Origin: the human T2T-CHM13v2.0 reference genome, Homo sapiens
Reading direction: 5' to 3' (one strand)
DNA length: 64,000 nt
Assembly: GCF_009914755.1 (NCBI RefSeq)
Contig: NC_060927.1
The translations under genes and the position numbers were made by a program. Below, one piece after another: positions 11,099-25,199 of this stretch. Each line of letters starts with the position of its first letter. Position 1 is the first letter of the stretch. Below the pieces are notes generated by a model that saw only the letters and a program-made list of their open reading frames with translations, was not told the DNA's origin and ran no database searches.

Positions 11099-14000
11099 TT
11101 CTATCTTTTTAAGTGAATATTAGTGGATTTCTAACAGTTATCGCGTAATGTTAAACTTACATAACTCTTAACTTGCCTCCCACAAAGTTTTGGCAATAGT
11201 TTTGATTGAGTGTTAGCATTGCTTTTATTTAAACATAATATTCTGTTTATTTTTTACTGCTTTTTAAACTCAGTTATGTAGAGTTTTGAATATGCACCTG
11301 TATATACTGTAATATATTGAGCTATACCAAAATTATTTAAACATTTTTTGTTTTACGTGCTAATATTTTATGCGTAATTCAGAGGAACTTTGTACTAGAT
11401 ATCAATAATGTGATTGGCAATAGAAATATGGTCATATGATAATTGTTTTATTCCAGATATGATGGTGGCAGCTGCATATCAGTGTGGTGGCAAAATGAGT
11501 GAACCTAGGAGGTTTGTGTTGTCAGTTTTGGCATGGAACATCACAAGATGAACAAATAATAGAGGGAAAGATATCCTTTTTCATTCCCTGAAGAGCAACT
11601 GTAGGTTTCTGAGCTGAGCTAATGACACTGAGTCTGTGCAAACTGTTGCTTTCCCAAATGCAGGACATCTTTACCTTGGGTTACAACTTAAGTCAACTTG
11701 GATAGAACATCACTGGACTCTTTTGACTGTAAGAACTATAAGACAATGCAATATTCAAAAGAAAGAGGAAAGTTTTTCCAATTTTTAAAAAATTCAAATG
11801 TTTGCCTTTCTCATTGAAACAATTAAATATAAATTTATATTTACATTTATTTTAAATAGTGAATCCATAATTTCCTAAGTTTTGTTTTTGTTTCAATTTC
11901 TAGAAATGCCTAAAAAATCAATCAGAAGTTTCGTATCTACATAAGCATAAAACTGACAATTACATACTTTTTAATCTTTGAGAAAATTGATTACTATACA
12001 ATTCAATCCCAAATAGTGAAGATATCTATCAGCAATTGCAATGTACATGCATTTCAAATGCAGTGATTACAGGAACACACATATATGTTAGGTGTAAAGC
12101 CAATATGGGATACATTGGCTCAAGGTAGCAGTAGAGCTCACAAGAGGAACTGTGGAAAGTGGTAAGAGATAAATGTCTTTCATAAGGTTCAGATTCCTGC
12201 TGAAGAATTTTGACCTGGATATGAGAAAAGTGGAGATAAATTGTACATAGGTTGTTGTTTCTGAGGCAGATTAGAAGGGGAGATTAAATAAATATAGGGT
12301 GTTGTTAAGAGACATCTGGATCACCACTGATGAAAAAGCAGTGCTACTCAGAGGGGATGGTGATGGCATTTTATGGCCACTGAATGACATTGAAAGAAAT
12401 GATGTTTTCTGGTAAAGTTGCAGCTGGCTTTATCTCAATCTGTTCTTCCCAAACGACTGAACTGCAGGACTGCTTTTTCTTTTTCATTCTTACATGATTT
12501 TTAACTCTTAAAACAAGGCTGGTTTTACTGTTGGAAATGTATATCTCTAACTCAGAACATTTTATTTCTTCATGAAAAGTAATATCAACTTCCAGTCTTT
12601 CACCTAAAGCATACAAAAATAGAATAACAAATAATGGTCTGTCCATAAATTGTAGGTGAAATTATTATCTCATTAGACAGTTTTAGTAAAAGAATTAACA
12701 ATGCCAAAAGAAAAAAGGGGAAAATTTGACTTAGTCTAACTAATTGTTAACAGGAAAGAAAGAGAACTAAGTAAGAGAAACCAGGAATACTTATCAGAAG
12801 CTATCAAATTTGCTGAAACTCAGGAAAACAGGAGCATAATACAGTGCTTGAGATGATTAAAAATTTGACTCAGAAGCAACATTCACTTTAGTAGCAATAG
12901 TAGTTGGAAGCTCTAAGAATACAGTCCCAGTGCAAACATAAATGTGCCTGACATGTACAGTGGGATCATCCTTGAATCTTGGATCTTTGGAGGACACTCC
13001 TTCTATTTACTTATTTTTAATTTTTCAATTTACCATTGCTCTTTTTATTTTTTTCGGCTAAGTGCAGTCTGATGAATATTTATAGTATTTGGAAAATAAC
13101 CACAATTATTATTTTTAAAGTATTTTTTTTTCTGATTAGCTCACAAAGTATTCAAACAATCCCTCCTATTAATACTGTTAATATTATGTCCTAACAGTCC
13201 AATTCTGTATCCTAAACAGCTATCAAATTCTGTCAGTCTCATAATCCCACATACAGTGCTTTGGCCCAGGTTATTAGTACTATTACTAAATGACTAAAAT
13301 AACATTTTATGTGATTCCTTCCATTATTTTGTTCTTGTCAATTCCATCTACATAGGACAGAAAAATACAGTTTTCTATAACACTAATGTAAAACCTCCAA
13401 TTTGTTCTTTCCGTGCTAAAATATAATTTGCAAAAAAAAGAGGTGCTATTATATAAAAATAACTTTTTCAATTTTAAACATTTCAATAAAGTATTTAAAA
13501 TCCATTTTAAAATTTTATGGCAACTTCTCTATTTATAATTGGAGAGAATTTGAGATTTTAAAGTTTCAATAATCTAAATACTATTTCTTTTTGTCTTTCT
13601 GTGCACAATTTGTAAAGGCAGAAAGTACTCAAAGTTAACACTCTATCAAACTTTACATACAGGAATATGTAAATACTCATGTATTTACATAGTTTGTTAC
13701 AATGTATAAATAAACTCATGTTAAATATAGTTGTGACAGTATTTTTACATTTTCATTATACATTCTAAACATTTTAAACATAAGTTTCTAAGATTCAATC
13801 TGTCTTCATTCTGTTACTTATAATAACTCTTTGCAAATGACAAAATATGATTAGCTGCCATGAGCAGGTTAATTTCAATAGCTTATTGAAATGCTTGTCA
13901 GATGTTACTAAGCATTAAAACACCTCAGGGGTACAAATAGTATCAAATAATTGTTCCTCTGAAAATTGTAGAATATGAAATGTGTTCAAATTCCAGATGT

Positions 14001-15129
14001 TTATAACAAATAATGGGACACTAAGACAAAAGAATAATGTTTTATTGGCTTTTCAGAAAGGAATAACATCTATCTTCTACCTCTAAAATGATTTCATTTT
14101 AGAATATTTATTATGGTATAATCACCCCTCTTGGATTTTGAAAACTTTACTTGTCTCTTGTGTCTTATAATACATAACTGTATTTCTCCAGTAGCTTATA
14201 ATAATCAGACAGTATTCACTGCCTTGTTTGTATTGTTTATTATTCTCCTGGTATCTGAAGTGTACAATTAAAAGGGAAACTAAAACCCTGTTTTTTTAAA
14301 AATAAGACAGCTAGCTAACTTTCAGATGACTACCTTAAGTTTGCCAAAATACAAGACATTCAATTAAGAGGCTTATAAGTTATTAATAAATTTTAGCTCT
14401 TTTAAAAGGGAAAGAATGGAAATTCCCACTGTTACTTTGAAGTAACTTATCACTATGACAAATTAATTGGTGTAATTAGTGACTATTATCTCTCATTATT
14501 GAAATAAGATATCTTCGTGGAATACATTTAATGAAGGAGGTGTTTATTATATTCAAGATGTGATCTCTGAACTTTTAGAAGTCTGTAGATGATAAATTGT
14601 TTTTTAATACAGCACCTATTATGAACAATAGTCAAGCAATTTTTGAACCTAATAATTTAAACAGAAGATTAAATTTAATGTTACAATGCAGTGAAACCAA
14701 AACAAAAAGCTTTTGAAGCCATTTTTTTTAAACTTCATGTAATTGCGGGGGTGACAGTGGCAGTGTATATGTTATATTTAATGAGATGATGTTCTACTGT
14801 TAACAACATTGAACCAAGTAAATATTTTCTAATGATATTTCATATGTTTAAGGCCTTCAAAATTGCCTTATGGCATTGTAAACAAGCAAGCTACTGCTTC
14901 TCAGCCATCAGAATTCCCAGTCACTAGAAGGACAATATGTGAAGGTCAGGAGGACCCAAACATTTTTGCTCAAAACTCAAAACAGTTAGGCTGTTTTAGA
15001 AAACTTTGACTGTAAGATATCTAATAATGAAACCACTCAGCATTCCAAAGCCCACAGAAAGTTTCAGAGGCCTTCTGAGGCTATTTTATTAAACCATTTA
15101 ATGAAAGTCTTGTAAATTGCAAAGCTGGG

Positions 15130-15390
15130 TGTTTACTATTGTTCCATTTATTTATTTCTGCCTGGAAAGTGCCCCAAATTTAGTGCCTTAAAACAAAAAA
15201 TATCATTTCTCATGGTTCAGTGTATTGACTGAGCTCAACTGGGTCATTTTTCCTTTTGCTTTCCTGTGAGGGTACAGTTCTAAAGGGTGGCCCACTAACT
15301 TAGCTAGCAATTGTTGTTGTGGTGGTTGGCACAGGAACAAAGCAGCTGAGCTCTTAGATAAGAGTTTCTGTATATGATCTCACCACATGA
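15130..15390 (-). mobile_element. Old MLT1-type LTR fragment
   Basis: ccccaaatttagtgccttaaaacaa...tttctcatggttcagtgtattgactgagctcaactggg. Confidence 0.5.
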
Positions 15391-15434
15391 CTGTAAGCTA
15401 TTGTATTGTACTATGAGTTATTAGACACTAATAT

Positions 15435-17670
15435 GTTATCTAGATAAAATTAAAACATTTCTAGAAATACACAATCTACCAAGACTAAATTACATAGAGC
15501 TAGAAAGTCAGAATAGACTTTCAATTCAAGAAGAATGAATCGGTAATCCAAAATCTCCTGACAAACAAAAGCCCTGGATCTGATGGCTTTGCTGATGAAT
15601 TCAAATATTTAAACAAGAACTAACACCAATCTTTCTCTACTTTTCCAAAAATTTGAAGAGGAGGTAACACTCCCTAACTCATTCTATGAAGTCATCAGTA
15701 CCTTGATCCCAAAGCTGGATAAAGAAGGTACATTAGAAGAAAACTAGAGACCAATATCTTATAGACATCCACACAAAAATCCCCAACAAAATACCAGCCA
15801 ACTAGAATTATACACCATGGCCAACTAAAATGTATTCCTGTAATACAGGGATGGTTCAACTTATAAAAATCGATCATTGCAATACACCACATTAATAGAA
15901 GGAATACATAAAACCTTCAATTGATTTGCCACCCTTTCATGATAAAAACACTCAACCCACTAGGAATATAAGGAGACAGCCTCTGCATAATAAAACCCAC
16001 ATATAAAAAAACCACAGCAAATATCATACTCAATGGTGAAAGAGTGAAATCTTTTCCTCTATGATCAGGAACAAGGAAAGAATAATTATCTATATTCATA
16101 GATAATATTATATTTAGAAAATCCACCCCCCATACACACAAAGTCTTAGAACTAATAAACAAATTCTGCAAAGTAGCAGGATACTAAGTAAACAACAACA
16201 ACAACGGCAAAAAAAAAATTAGTTTCATTTCTATATTCTAATAATGGGCATTCCGAAAAGGAAATTTAACAAGCAATTTCCTTTACTATAGCAGAAGAAA
16301 GAATAAGATACTTAGGAATTAACTTAACCAAGAAGATGAAAGTGTTGCACAGTGGAAACTACAAAACACATTGGAAAAAAATAAAGAAAACATAAATAAA
16401 TGGAAAGAAATCCTGTGTTTCTGGACTGGAAGATTTAATATTGTTAAGGTGCCCCAACGACCCAGTGATCTACAGATTCAATGTAATTCCTAACAAAATC
16501 CCAATTTTTTTTTGTAGAAATAGAAAAAACTATCCTAAAATGTACATACTATCTTATAGAATACCTAATTTTCAAAAGAATCTTGAAAAGAAAAAAAAAA
16601 CCTGGAGGACTCCACTTCTGATTTTAAAACTTACTCTAAAGCTACAGTAATCGAAACAGTGTAGTATTGGCATAAAGACAGAAATATAGAGCAATGGAAT
16701 AGCCTAGAGATTCCAGAAACAAACATTTACATATATGGTCAAATGATTTTAAACAAGGGTGCAAAGATTATTAAATTGAGAAAAACAGTCTTTTCAACTA
16801 ATGGTGCTAGGAAAACTGGATATCCACATATAAAAGAATAAAATTGGACCATTACCTAACATTGCAAACAGAAATGAACTCAAAGTGGATCCATAACATA
16901 AATGTAAGAACCAAAACTGTAAAAGTTGTAGAAGAAAACACAGGTGAAAGCTTCAAAACACTGTATGTGTCAGTGATATTTTGACCATGATTCCAAAGGC
17001 ACTAGCAACAAAAGAAAAAAATAGACAAATTGGGACTACATGAAATTTTTAAAAAGTTGTTCATAGAAAGCCACTAATGACAGAGTTTTAAAAAGACACC
17101 ACACAGAAATTGTCACCACAGAATATACTTGTAAATCATATATCTAAAAAGGGATTAATGACCAGAATATATATAAAACTTAACAATAAAATGTCCCAAA
17201 CAACTTTGTTAACAATTGGAAGAAGGACTTGTAAAGCCATTTCTTCAAAGAAGATATATAAATGACCAATAAGTATATGATCAACAGCACTAATAATTTG
17301 AGGAATGCAAACCAAAACTACAGTGAAATTCCATCTCACAACTATTAAAATGGCTACTATCAAAAACAAAACCAGAAGTAAGTGTTTGTAAGGAAATAGA
17401 GAAATTAGAATTATTGTACACTGTTGGTGGGAATGTAAAATGGTATAACCACTGTAGAAAACAGTACGGCAGCTCCTCAAAAAAAAAATAAAAAATATGA
17501 AACTGCCATCTAATTCAGCAATTCTTCGTAATAAATACTCCAAAGAACTAAAAGCAGAGTCTCTAAAAGGTATTTACACTTCCATGGTCATAGCAGCATT
17601 ATTCACAATGCTACAACATGGAAGTCAACCAAGTGTGTATACTGGAATGAATGCTCTAAATATATGGGGT

Positions 17671-17711
<41 letters not shown>

Positions 17712-18130
17712 TATACTGGAATGCTAAGCAGTCTTAAAAATGAAGGAAATTCTGACATATGCTACAACATGTATGAACCTTGAAGACATTCTGCAAAGTG
17801 AAGTAAGCCAGTCACAAAAGCATGAAAACTATGTGATGCCATGTATATGAGATATTCAGAATAATAGAGACAGTGTGGAATGGTTCATTGCCAGGGGATG
17901 TGGGAAAGAGAAATGGGTAGTTATCATTTAATGATTACAGACTTTTAGTTTTACAAGGTGAAAGAGTTCTGGGGAAACATAGTATTAATGGTTGCACAGC
18001 AATTTATATGGCCTTGATAACATTGAATTGTACACTTAACAATGGTTAAGACTGCACACTTAACAATGGTTATGTACATTTTATGTTAATTGTATTTTAA
18101 CACAATAAAAAATAGAAAAAAATGGAAAAC
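15435..18130 (+). mobile_element. 5'-truncated L1MB-type LINE-1 (ORF2 remnant and 3'UTR)
   Basis: ORF2 remnants (agccctggatctgatggcttt; IYRFNVIPNKIP). L1MB-like 3'UTR (gaaggaaattctgacatatgctacaac...gagttctgg...ggttgcaca), ending cacaataaaaa. Confidence 0.85.
17673..17710. repeat. (TG)n microsatellite
   Basis: Perfect GT run. Confidence 0.95.
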
Positions 18131-18620
18131 AATCTAATATTTTCTATGTAAGTAAATATTTTATTTGTTTTTCATCTTCCCAGATTTCTTCTCAGGTCAT
18201 TGAGAAACTATGTACTCAATAGATGATGATGGGTAGATTCCAAAATATATGCAAACAGATACTATTTCAATCAACTCAGTATATATCTCTGGTTCTTTAA
18301 GCCTATTTTATGCACTTTATTAAAAAGAGCTTTATTATTATTTTTTCTCTTAGAGAATATTATGACACTGTGACAAATACACTTGAATATATGTATATTG
18401 AAGTTGGTATTTTAAGTTATGCCTTATTGTTAGAACTGGGCATATGCTAGGTACAGATGGGCTACTATGAGCACAAAGTAATGGAGAAGAGCAAAGCAGG
18501 ATACATTTGTGTCAGGAGGTTTTTATTGGATTTACTTGCTTTGGACTAATTGTAGTTGTAGGCATCTTTATTTTCTTACTCTTATTTTACTCCTGGATCC
18601 ATCTTTGTCTGACTTTTTAA

Positions 18621-18823
18621 TCTGACATATGCTACAAGATGTATGAACCTTGAAGACATTCTGCAAAATGATATAAACCAGTCACAAAAGGACAAAAACT
18701 ATATGATTCCATGTATGTGAGGTACTCAGAATAATAGAGGCAGTGTAGAATTGTTGGTTGCCAGGGGATGGGGGGAAGAGGAATGGGTAGTTATTGTTTA
18801 AGGAGCACAGGGTTTTAGTTTTA
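18621..18823 (+). repeat. Second copy of a ~200-bp L1MB 3'UTR segment (homologous to 17751-17953)
   Basis: Direct alignment by eye: tctgacatatgctacaa-atgtatgaaccttgaagacattctgcaaa...ttttagtttta. Confidence 0.85.
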
Positions 18824-19734
18824 TAGATTATAAAATGTAGATTTACAGATTATAAAATGTAGAAACCAGTTTATATGACATGTGATTTGCATATCAATGC
18901 TTTTTTGGGAATTACCAATGATTTGCAGTTTCTGTTCTTAGATGCTTCTCTCTTCTTGTGGGCTACTTTGTATTCCCAATCATCTGATAAGGCTTAACTC
19001 ACTTTGTCTTTAAGCCTCAGGTTATCTCCAGATGACTTCTAAATCTAGCTGATGAAGTGTCAAGAATTCAGTTCATTTCAACAAAATCTCTCTTTATAGT
19101 CTCATCAGAGTTATTAATTCTTGTCTACTTCAAGTGATAATTATAAAGTCAATAAAATGTGTGTGTAAAAATACTTTGCAAAATTCAATGGACTGTGAAA
19201 AATGTAAGTTAATGTTATTGATATTCTTGTACAGTTACACATGAAGCTGGGATCACTGTAACTGTCAGATATTGACTTATTTCCCATTTCTATATTTTAT
19301 TCTTTAGTTTGCTATTCTCCTATAACTATAATGAGAGGGCTCATTTTTCCCCTCAAAACTTAAAATAATTTTGATCATGTTATGTCGTCTTTTATTGCCA
19401 TCCAATGAAATTGTATATTTTTGGAATGATAATTTAATTAACATGGCCTACAAGACCCTGAAGGAGGAGCTTGTCCTACCCTGATCTGTCTCATCTGAGG
19501 CCTTCTCTTACCACCTTATTTTGCACTATTCAAGCTATGGCCTTACCAGCCACTTTTAGTTTTAAAAAAAGAAATCAATTTCCCACTACTTGAAGATTTC
19601 AGGAAATCTATTTTTTTTTAACCTGAAATTGTCCTTTCTTCCCTAAGGCCTTAGCTTAATTACTTTCTAATAAAACCTTAGACAATTTTAAACTATAAAT
19701 TGCTTTTATAATTACCTGGCTCAAAATTCTTAAC

Positions 19735-19919
19735 AGTGATTTTCAAAATGTGGTCCCTGCACCAGCAGCATCAGAATCATCTGGGAACTTCTTATAAATG
19801 CAAATTCTCAGGCCTCACATTCAAACTACTGACTCAGAAACCCTGAGGATGAGACCCAGAAATATATTTTAACACTAGCTCAACAGGAGACTCTGATGCT
19901 TGCTAAAACCTGGGAGACC
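19735..19919 (+). mobile_element. MER5A hAT-Charlie MITE
   Basis: cagtgattttcaaaatgtggtccctgcaccagcagcatcag...aaatgcaaattctcaggcc...gagacc. Confidence 0.85.
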
Positions 19920-19920
19920 T

Positions 19921-20680
19921 TTTAGTCACAGCTGGAGCTGAAATAGGTGGAACACAGGGCACCATGTCCCAAGGCTGCATAGAGTAGGGGGACCTGGGCC
20001 CAGGCCACAAAATAATTTTTTTCTCCTAGGCCTCCAGGCCTGTGATGGGAGGGGCTACCATGAAGGTCTCTGACATGCCCTGGAAACATTTTCCCCACTG
20101 TCTTGGTGATTAACATTTGGATCCTTGTTACTTATGCAAATTTGTCCAGCAGGCTTGAATTTCTCCCCAGAAAATGGGGTTTTCTTTTATATCATATTGT
20201 TGGGCTGCAAATTTTCCAAACTTTTATGCTCTGCCTCCTCTTGAATGCTTCACCATTTAGAAATTTCTTCTGCCAGATGCCCTGAATCATATCTCTCAAA
20301 TTCAAAGTGCCACATATCTCAATGGCAGGGTAAAATGCTTCCAGTCTCCTTGCATAGCAAGTGACCTTTACTCCAGTTCCCAGCAAGTCTCTCATCTGCA
20401 TCTGAGACCACTTCAGCCTGGACTTCATTGTCCATATCACTATCAACATTTTGGTCAAAGCTATTCAATTAAGTCTCTAGGAAGTTCTAAACTTTCCCAC
20501 ATCTTCCTGTCTTCTGAGCCCTCCAAGTCTCTATGAATTTCCAAACGTTCCCACATTTCCTTGTCTTCTCATGAGCCCTCCAAATTGCTCCAGCATCTGC
20601 CTGTTACACTGTTCCAAAGTTGCTTCCACATTTTAGGGTGTCTTTACAACAGCACCTCACTGTCTGCAGTACCAACTTAC
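19921..20680 (-). mobile_element. THE1-int (MaLR internal), truncated
   Basis: cctaggcctccaggcctgtgatgggaggggct...gacttcattgtccatatcactatc...gtaccaacttac, abutting the LTR. Confidence 0.85.
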
Positions 20681-21058
20681 TGTATTAGTTCATTCTCACA
20701 TTGCTATAAGGAAATACCCAAGACTGGGTAATTTATAAAGGAAAGAGGTTTTATTGACTCACAGATCCACATGGCTGGGGAGGTCTTGGGGAACTTACAA
20801 TCATACTAGAAGACAAAGGATGAACAATGCACTTTCTTCAGAAGGCAGCAGCAGGAAGAAGTGCAGAGTCAATGAGGGAGAAGCGCCTTATAAAATAATC
20901 AGATCTTGTGAGAACTTACTAAATATTATGAGAGCAGCATGGGGGAACTGCCCACATAATCTAATCACCTCCCACAATGTCCCTCCCACGACATGTGGGT
21001 ACTATGGGAACTACAATTCAAGATGAGACTTGGGTAGGGGCACAGCCAAACCATACTA
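20681..21058 (-). mobile_element. THE1C/D 5' LTR
   Basis: tgtattagttcattctcac...gactgggtaatttataaaggaaagagg...acaattcaagatgag...cacagccaaaccata. Confidence 0.9.
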
Positions 21059-22802
21059 GCTTTGAGCTATTAAGATGAAAATATCCTGGAATGGGGGAAG
21101 GGCTAGGGAGAACGTGGCCAGGTCACCAGGTGGGGTGCTAAGCAAAATGTAGGTTTCTGTCCCAATAAAAACCCCTCTGAATCAGACTCTTTTGGAGTTA
21201 ATCCCTGGAATCTAGTAACTGAGATTAATGTAGCAAATTCACCAAATGATTCCTGTGCATAATTATGTTTTAGAAAAATTGAACTAGAGTAGTTTTGCAT
21301 ACCATGGTCAATGCAATGGAAGACCATCTGAATATGTAAAATGTTTTGCTTTAAATTATTCTCCCTACAGGACATGTAAAGGAAAAATTGAAAAAAGCTA
21401 GAATAGAGACTTGAAAGAAAAATTTTGCCTATTTTAATAGTAGAGGTAAGGATCTATGACTCCTCACCTAATTCTAGTATTATCAGTAGATATGAAAGGA
21501 AGAAAATAGTTTGGAAAAATGTTAAGAATGTAAAATCAACAAAATTTTGGTAACAGAAACATGGAGTTATTAGGGAAAAACAGGATTCTGATGATCCAGA
21601 TGACTACCAGGTGCCTGAGGTGGAGAACTTGAATAAATGATGAAAATTGTAAAATGTTACACCTAAAAATGGCAGCATAAGAACTTCATTCAGAATAGAT
21701 TACAATTATTACTTGAGCCCACTCACTGTAATACTGGAGGGTGACATTGCTAAATACAAGTCAAAATTTGTTTACTGAAAATTTTAACAACACCTGGTCT
21801 ATTAACACACTTTCCGTTTTATTTCCATTGAATATTTTGACTGAGAATTTTTTAAATTATTGGATTAATACCATAGGTTTAATGATATGCTAAATAATTA
21901 TGTATTCAGCTCATTTATTTGCCTTATGAATTTAAAACCAAATTTGTACCAAAAGCAATCCTTGGTAAAACTATTTCCAAACTATACAATTAAAATTTAT
22001 TAGAAATAATACTAAAATAATATATAGGAACATAAACTATTTTTATGCCAACCTTTTTGTAAATTTTTTGGCAATAGGTAAAAATCGAGACCCTCAAGAT
22101 AACCTTCTTTGATCTTTTAACATATAAATCCTATTACAATTGAAAACATTGTACTTCATAGCTTTGTACTATCACATTTCTTTTGCTGTTTAAATTTAAT
22201 AGCATTACCATTTCAGTCATTTTCATGGATTATTCATACTCTTGAATGCCAAGGTTATTCTCAGAGATAAATCATTAAGTGTCTAGTTCTCAGAAAACCT
22301 AGAATTAGGAGTTATATTTTGATGCTATGTTAAATTAGGAAGAAAAGGTACAAAAAATAACTATTTCATTTGTAACTGAATTATATAAACTTATTTATTT
22401 TGTGTCTGTGTAAACTCCATTTTAATAAATGGCATTTTTAACATTTGTTTATACATTAATTAAACCACTCTCAAGTTTATTTTATTTCCAATTTAAATGT
22501 GAAAGATACATATGTGTATGCACACCTGTGTGTGTGTGTATTGTGATATTTTTCATATCAACATGCTAGATTCCTAAAAATATTGAGTCACTTATTTTTA
22601 TATGAGCTTTTATTTCCTTAAAGACTTAAAATATAAATTATCCCTTTAAAATTTCAATTATGAGCCTTACATAAACATATTTTAAGTCTATACATTTTCC
22701 TGAGTACAGATTTCACTATTCCATAGGTTTGCCTATGTAGTGTCCTTCTCATTACGTTCTAGAAAATTTTTAAATTTCTTTTAATTTTCATTATGTTCTG
22801 TA

Positions 22803-22994
22803 GTAATGGTTCTCAAATGTTAGCATGTATCTCAGTCACGCAAAGCTTGTTAAAACACATATTTCTGGGCTCACTCTCAGAGATTATAATTCTGTAGATT
22901 TGGGTCAGACCCAATAATCTGCATTTTTCACCAACTCCCATATAATCTAATGCTTTTGAAGCAGGGACCACCACACTTTCAGGAACCACCACTG
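22803..22994 (-). mobile_element. MER5A-like MITE
   Basis: ggttctcaaa...gcttgttaaaacacatatttctgggc...gggaccaccacacttt...ccactg. Confidence 0.7.
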
Positions 22995-24314
22995 AAGGAT
23001 TGCCTAGCAGTGCTTTTCTTCATTTGCATGTAAAAAATTTTGTTTGTTTGCTTTTGGTTAATTTTATTATTGATTTTTAGAGGATTGACTTTTCCTCAAA
23101 AATTGAGCTCACGCTAGGCATCTCAGGGACAAGTGAGACAAGGAACACATGTGAGGGCTAATTCTTCTCCATGGCACCTAGCTCTGCCCTGTGAATAATA
23201 GACCTAACACTACTTTTTACCTGAGAAGAATAGTACAGTGTATTTATCAATGACCTTAGTTAATTCAGGAATGAATGGCTTCCTTTTGTAAGTTAGGAGT
23301 GTGGTATCTGGTTGAACTATAAATCTAGCATTGAGTACTAATTGTATGTGAAGTTATTGTTTATAATCTTTCAGAAATTTCTTGTATCTATGTGATTTCA
23401 CGTAATTCTAATGGTGAAATATTCATATATAATTGTTTTATCATCAAAAGTGTCCATAGCTATGTAACTTTTGTTGAAAATTATGCTCAGAATTCATCTT
23501 TAAGCACTAGATTCTTAAAAAACATTTTTAACTGTTTTTTTTTTCCTTCACATGGCAAGACAATGTATGCAACTTGGCAAACATGCAGTTTATTTTATTT
23601 ATATTGAACCATCTGGTTGCTGGACAGTTTGAGGCTTTTGTTCCCACTGTTAACACATCTATCTAAAGAAATTTTTTTGACAAGCTGCTCTTGAAAAGTA
23701 TCGCCAATTAGTTTTAACTTCACCAAATGAATGACTACCTGATGAATGCCATCTCAGAACACATAATTTCTTGAAAATTTAGCAGTTATAAAGGAATTCA
23801 CAAAGACAGTAATTAAAATTAGCAGAAAAAGGCAAACTGCTTCAACTTGGTGTCTTCAACAAAAACATATCCTTATATGTTAATGATGGCTTTCAGTGAA
23901 ATTTTCAAGAACATTTCTACATATAGTGTAAATCTTCTTCTTTTATTTCCCAACTCAATCTTCTAAAATGAATGAAAATAGAGTGCAGTGTTAGCATTTC
24001 AGAAAGGAATAACATAAGGTTATCTTAATATTGGAATTATTTATATCTCTCTTTTATTCTAAAATGCTATTTATTGTAGCAGTGGTATGGCATCATTGTT
24101 AAGTTCTCTGTATCTAAAATTTGAAGAATAATGTAGAAGCATAAATAAGTCTGATGTGAACTAATTGGAACTAATGACCAGTTAAGTCATATTTCAAACT
24201 CAATGCATAGACATTAACATTTTTCTCAGTATAAAGTATATATAGGCAGAGGGAAGTGAGAAATACGCCTTAGCAGAGAAAGACAGGGGTAAAAGGTATT
24301 ACCAATTTAACACG

Positions 24315-24465
24315 TGGGACTACAGGGCATGGTGGCACGCGCCTGTAGTTCCAGATACTTGGTAGGCTGAGGGATGAGAAACACTTGAACCCGTGAGGCA
24401 GAGGTTGCAGTAAGCCAAGATCACGCCACTGCACTGCAGCCTGGGCAACAGACTGAGACCATGTC

Positions 24466-24505
<40 letters not shown>

Positions 24506-24507
24506 AT
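24315..24507 (+). mobile_element. Alu right arm only, with (TAAA)n tail
   Basis: gggcatggtggcacgcgcctgtag...gaggttgcagtaagccaagatcacgccactgcac, then (taaa)n. Confidence 0.9.
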
Positions 24508-25199
24508 GTATTTTTCAGAGTCTATTTGAAATAGCCTTTCAACATTTAAATTGTGCTACAGCAACAAAATTGATAGCACATAATTTCAATTAGAGTATAC
24601 AAAATATGTTATTTTCACATAACTACAAAATATTTCTAAATAGAATGTTCAATGTCGAGCACTAGTGAAATATGTGTTGTTAATTTCTGTTTGTATTATT
24701 CATTGATTTTTTAATGGTTTATAAGAATTAACCATTTCTTATATAGATCAGTCAGTGAAATAAATTTTAAAACGGAATAAAAGTTTTTAATGTAAAATAA
24801 TAAATTGCATGTGGGAGAAAAGGTGAAGTTGAATACTATCCATATCAGACAATGGAAGACAGCTAAAGCAAAACTTAAGGCAAATTTTGAAACAAAAGGA
24901 AAAAACAAAGGCAATCAATGTATTAATTTGAAATAGGAAGTACAGAAAGCAAGTGAAAATGAAAGGCATTTAGCTAATTTTTCCAAATGGCCATCCAGGC
25001 GTCTTAAAACTATATATTCTTAAGTTTTTTCCAAAGGCAATATATTGCGTATTATATTTAATTAATTTAATTAAACTTGCTCAATTTTATTTTATTTCAT
25101 ATAAATATAATACATTTCTAAATAGTTATTATGTATACTTTTATCATATAATACATCTTTCTCTATTTTTGGATATCAGTCTACTTTTGGATTCTCCAT

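Noticed and set aside
17136-17543. 135-aa hydrophobic minus-strand ORF as a membrane protein
   Set aside because: It is the antisense reading of A-rich L1 ORF2, a common artefact.
20471-20583. ~55-bp tandem duplication in THE1-int
   Set aside because: As I recall, it occurs in other THE1-int copies, so it is probably a subfamily trait and not locus-specific.
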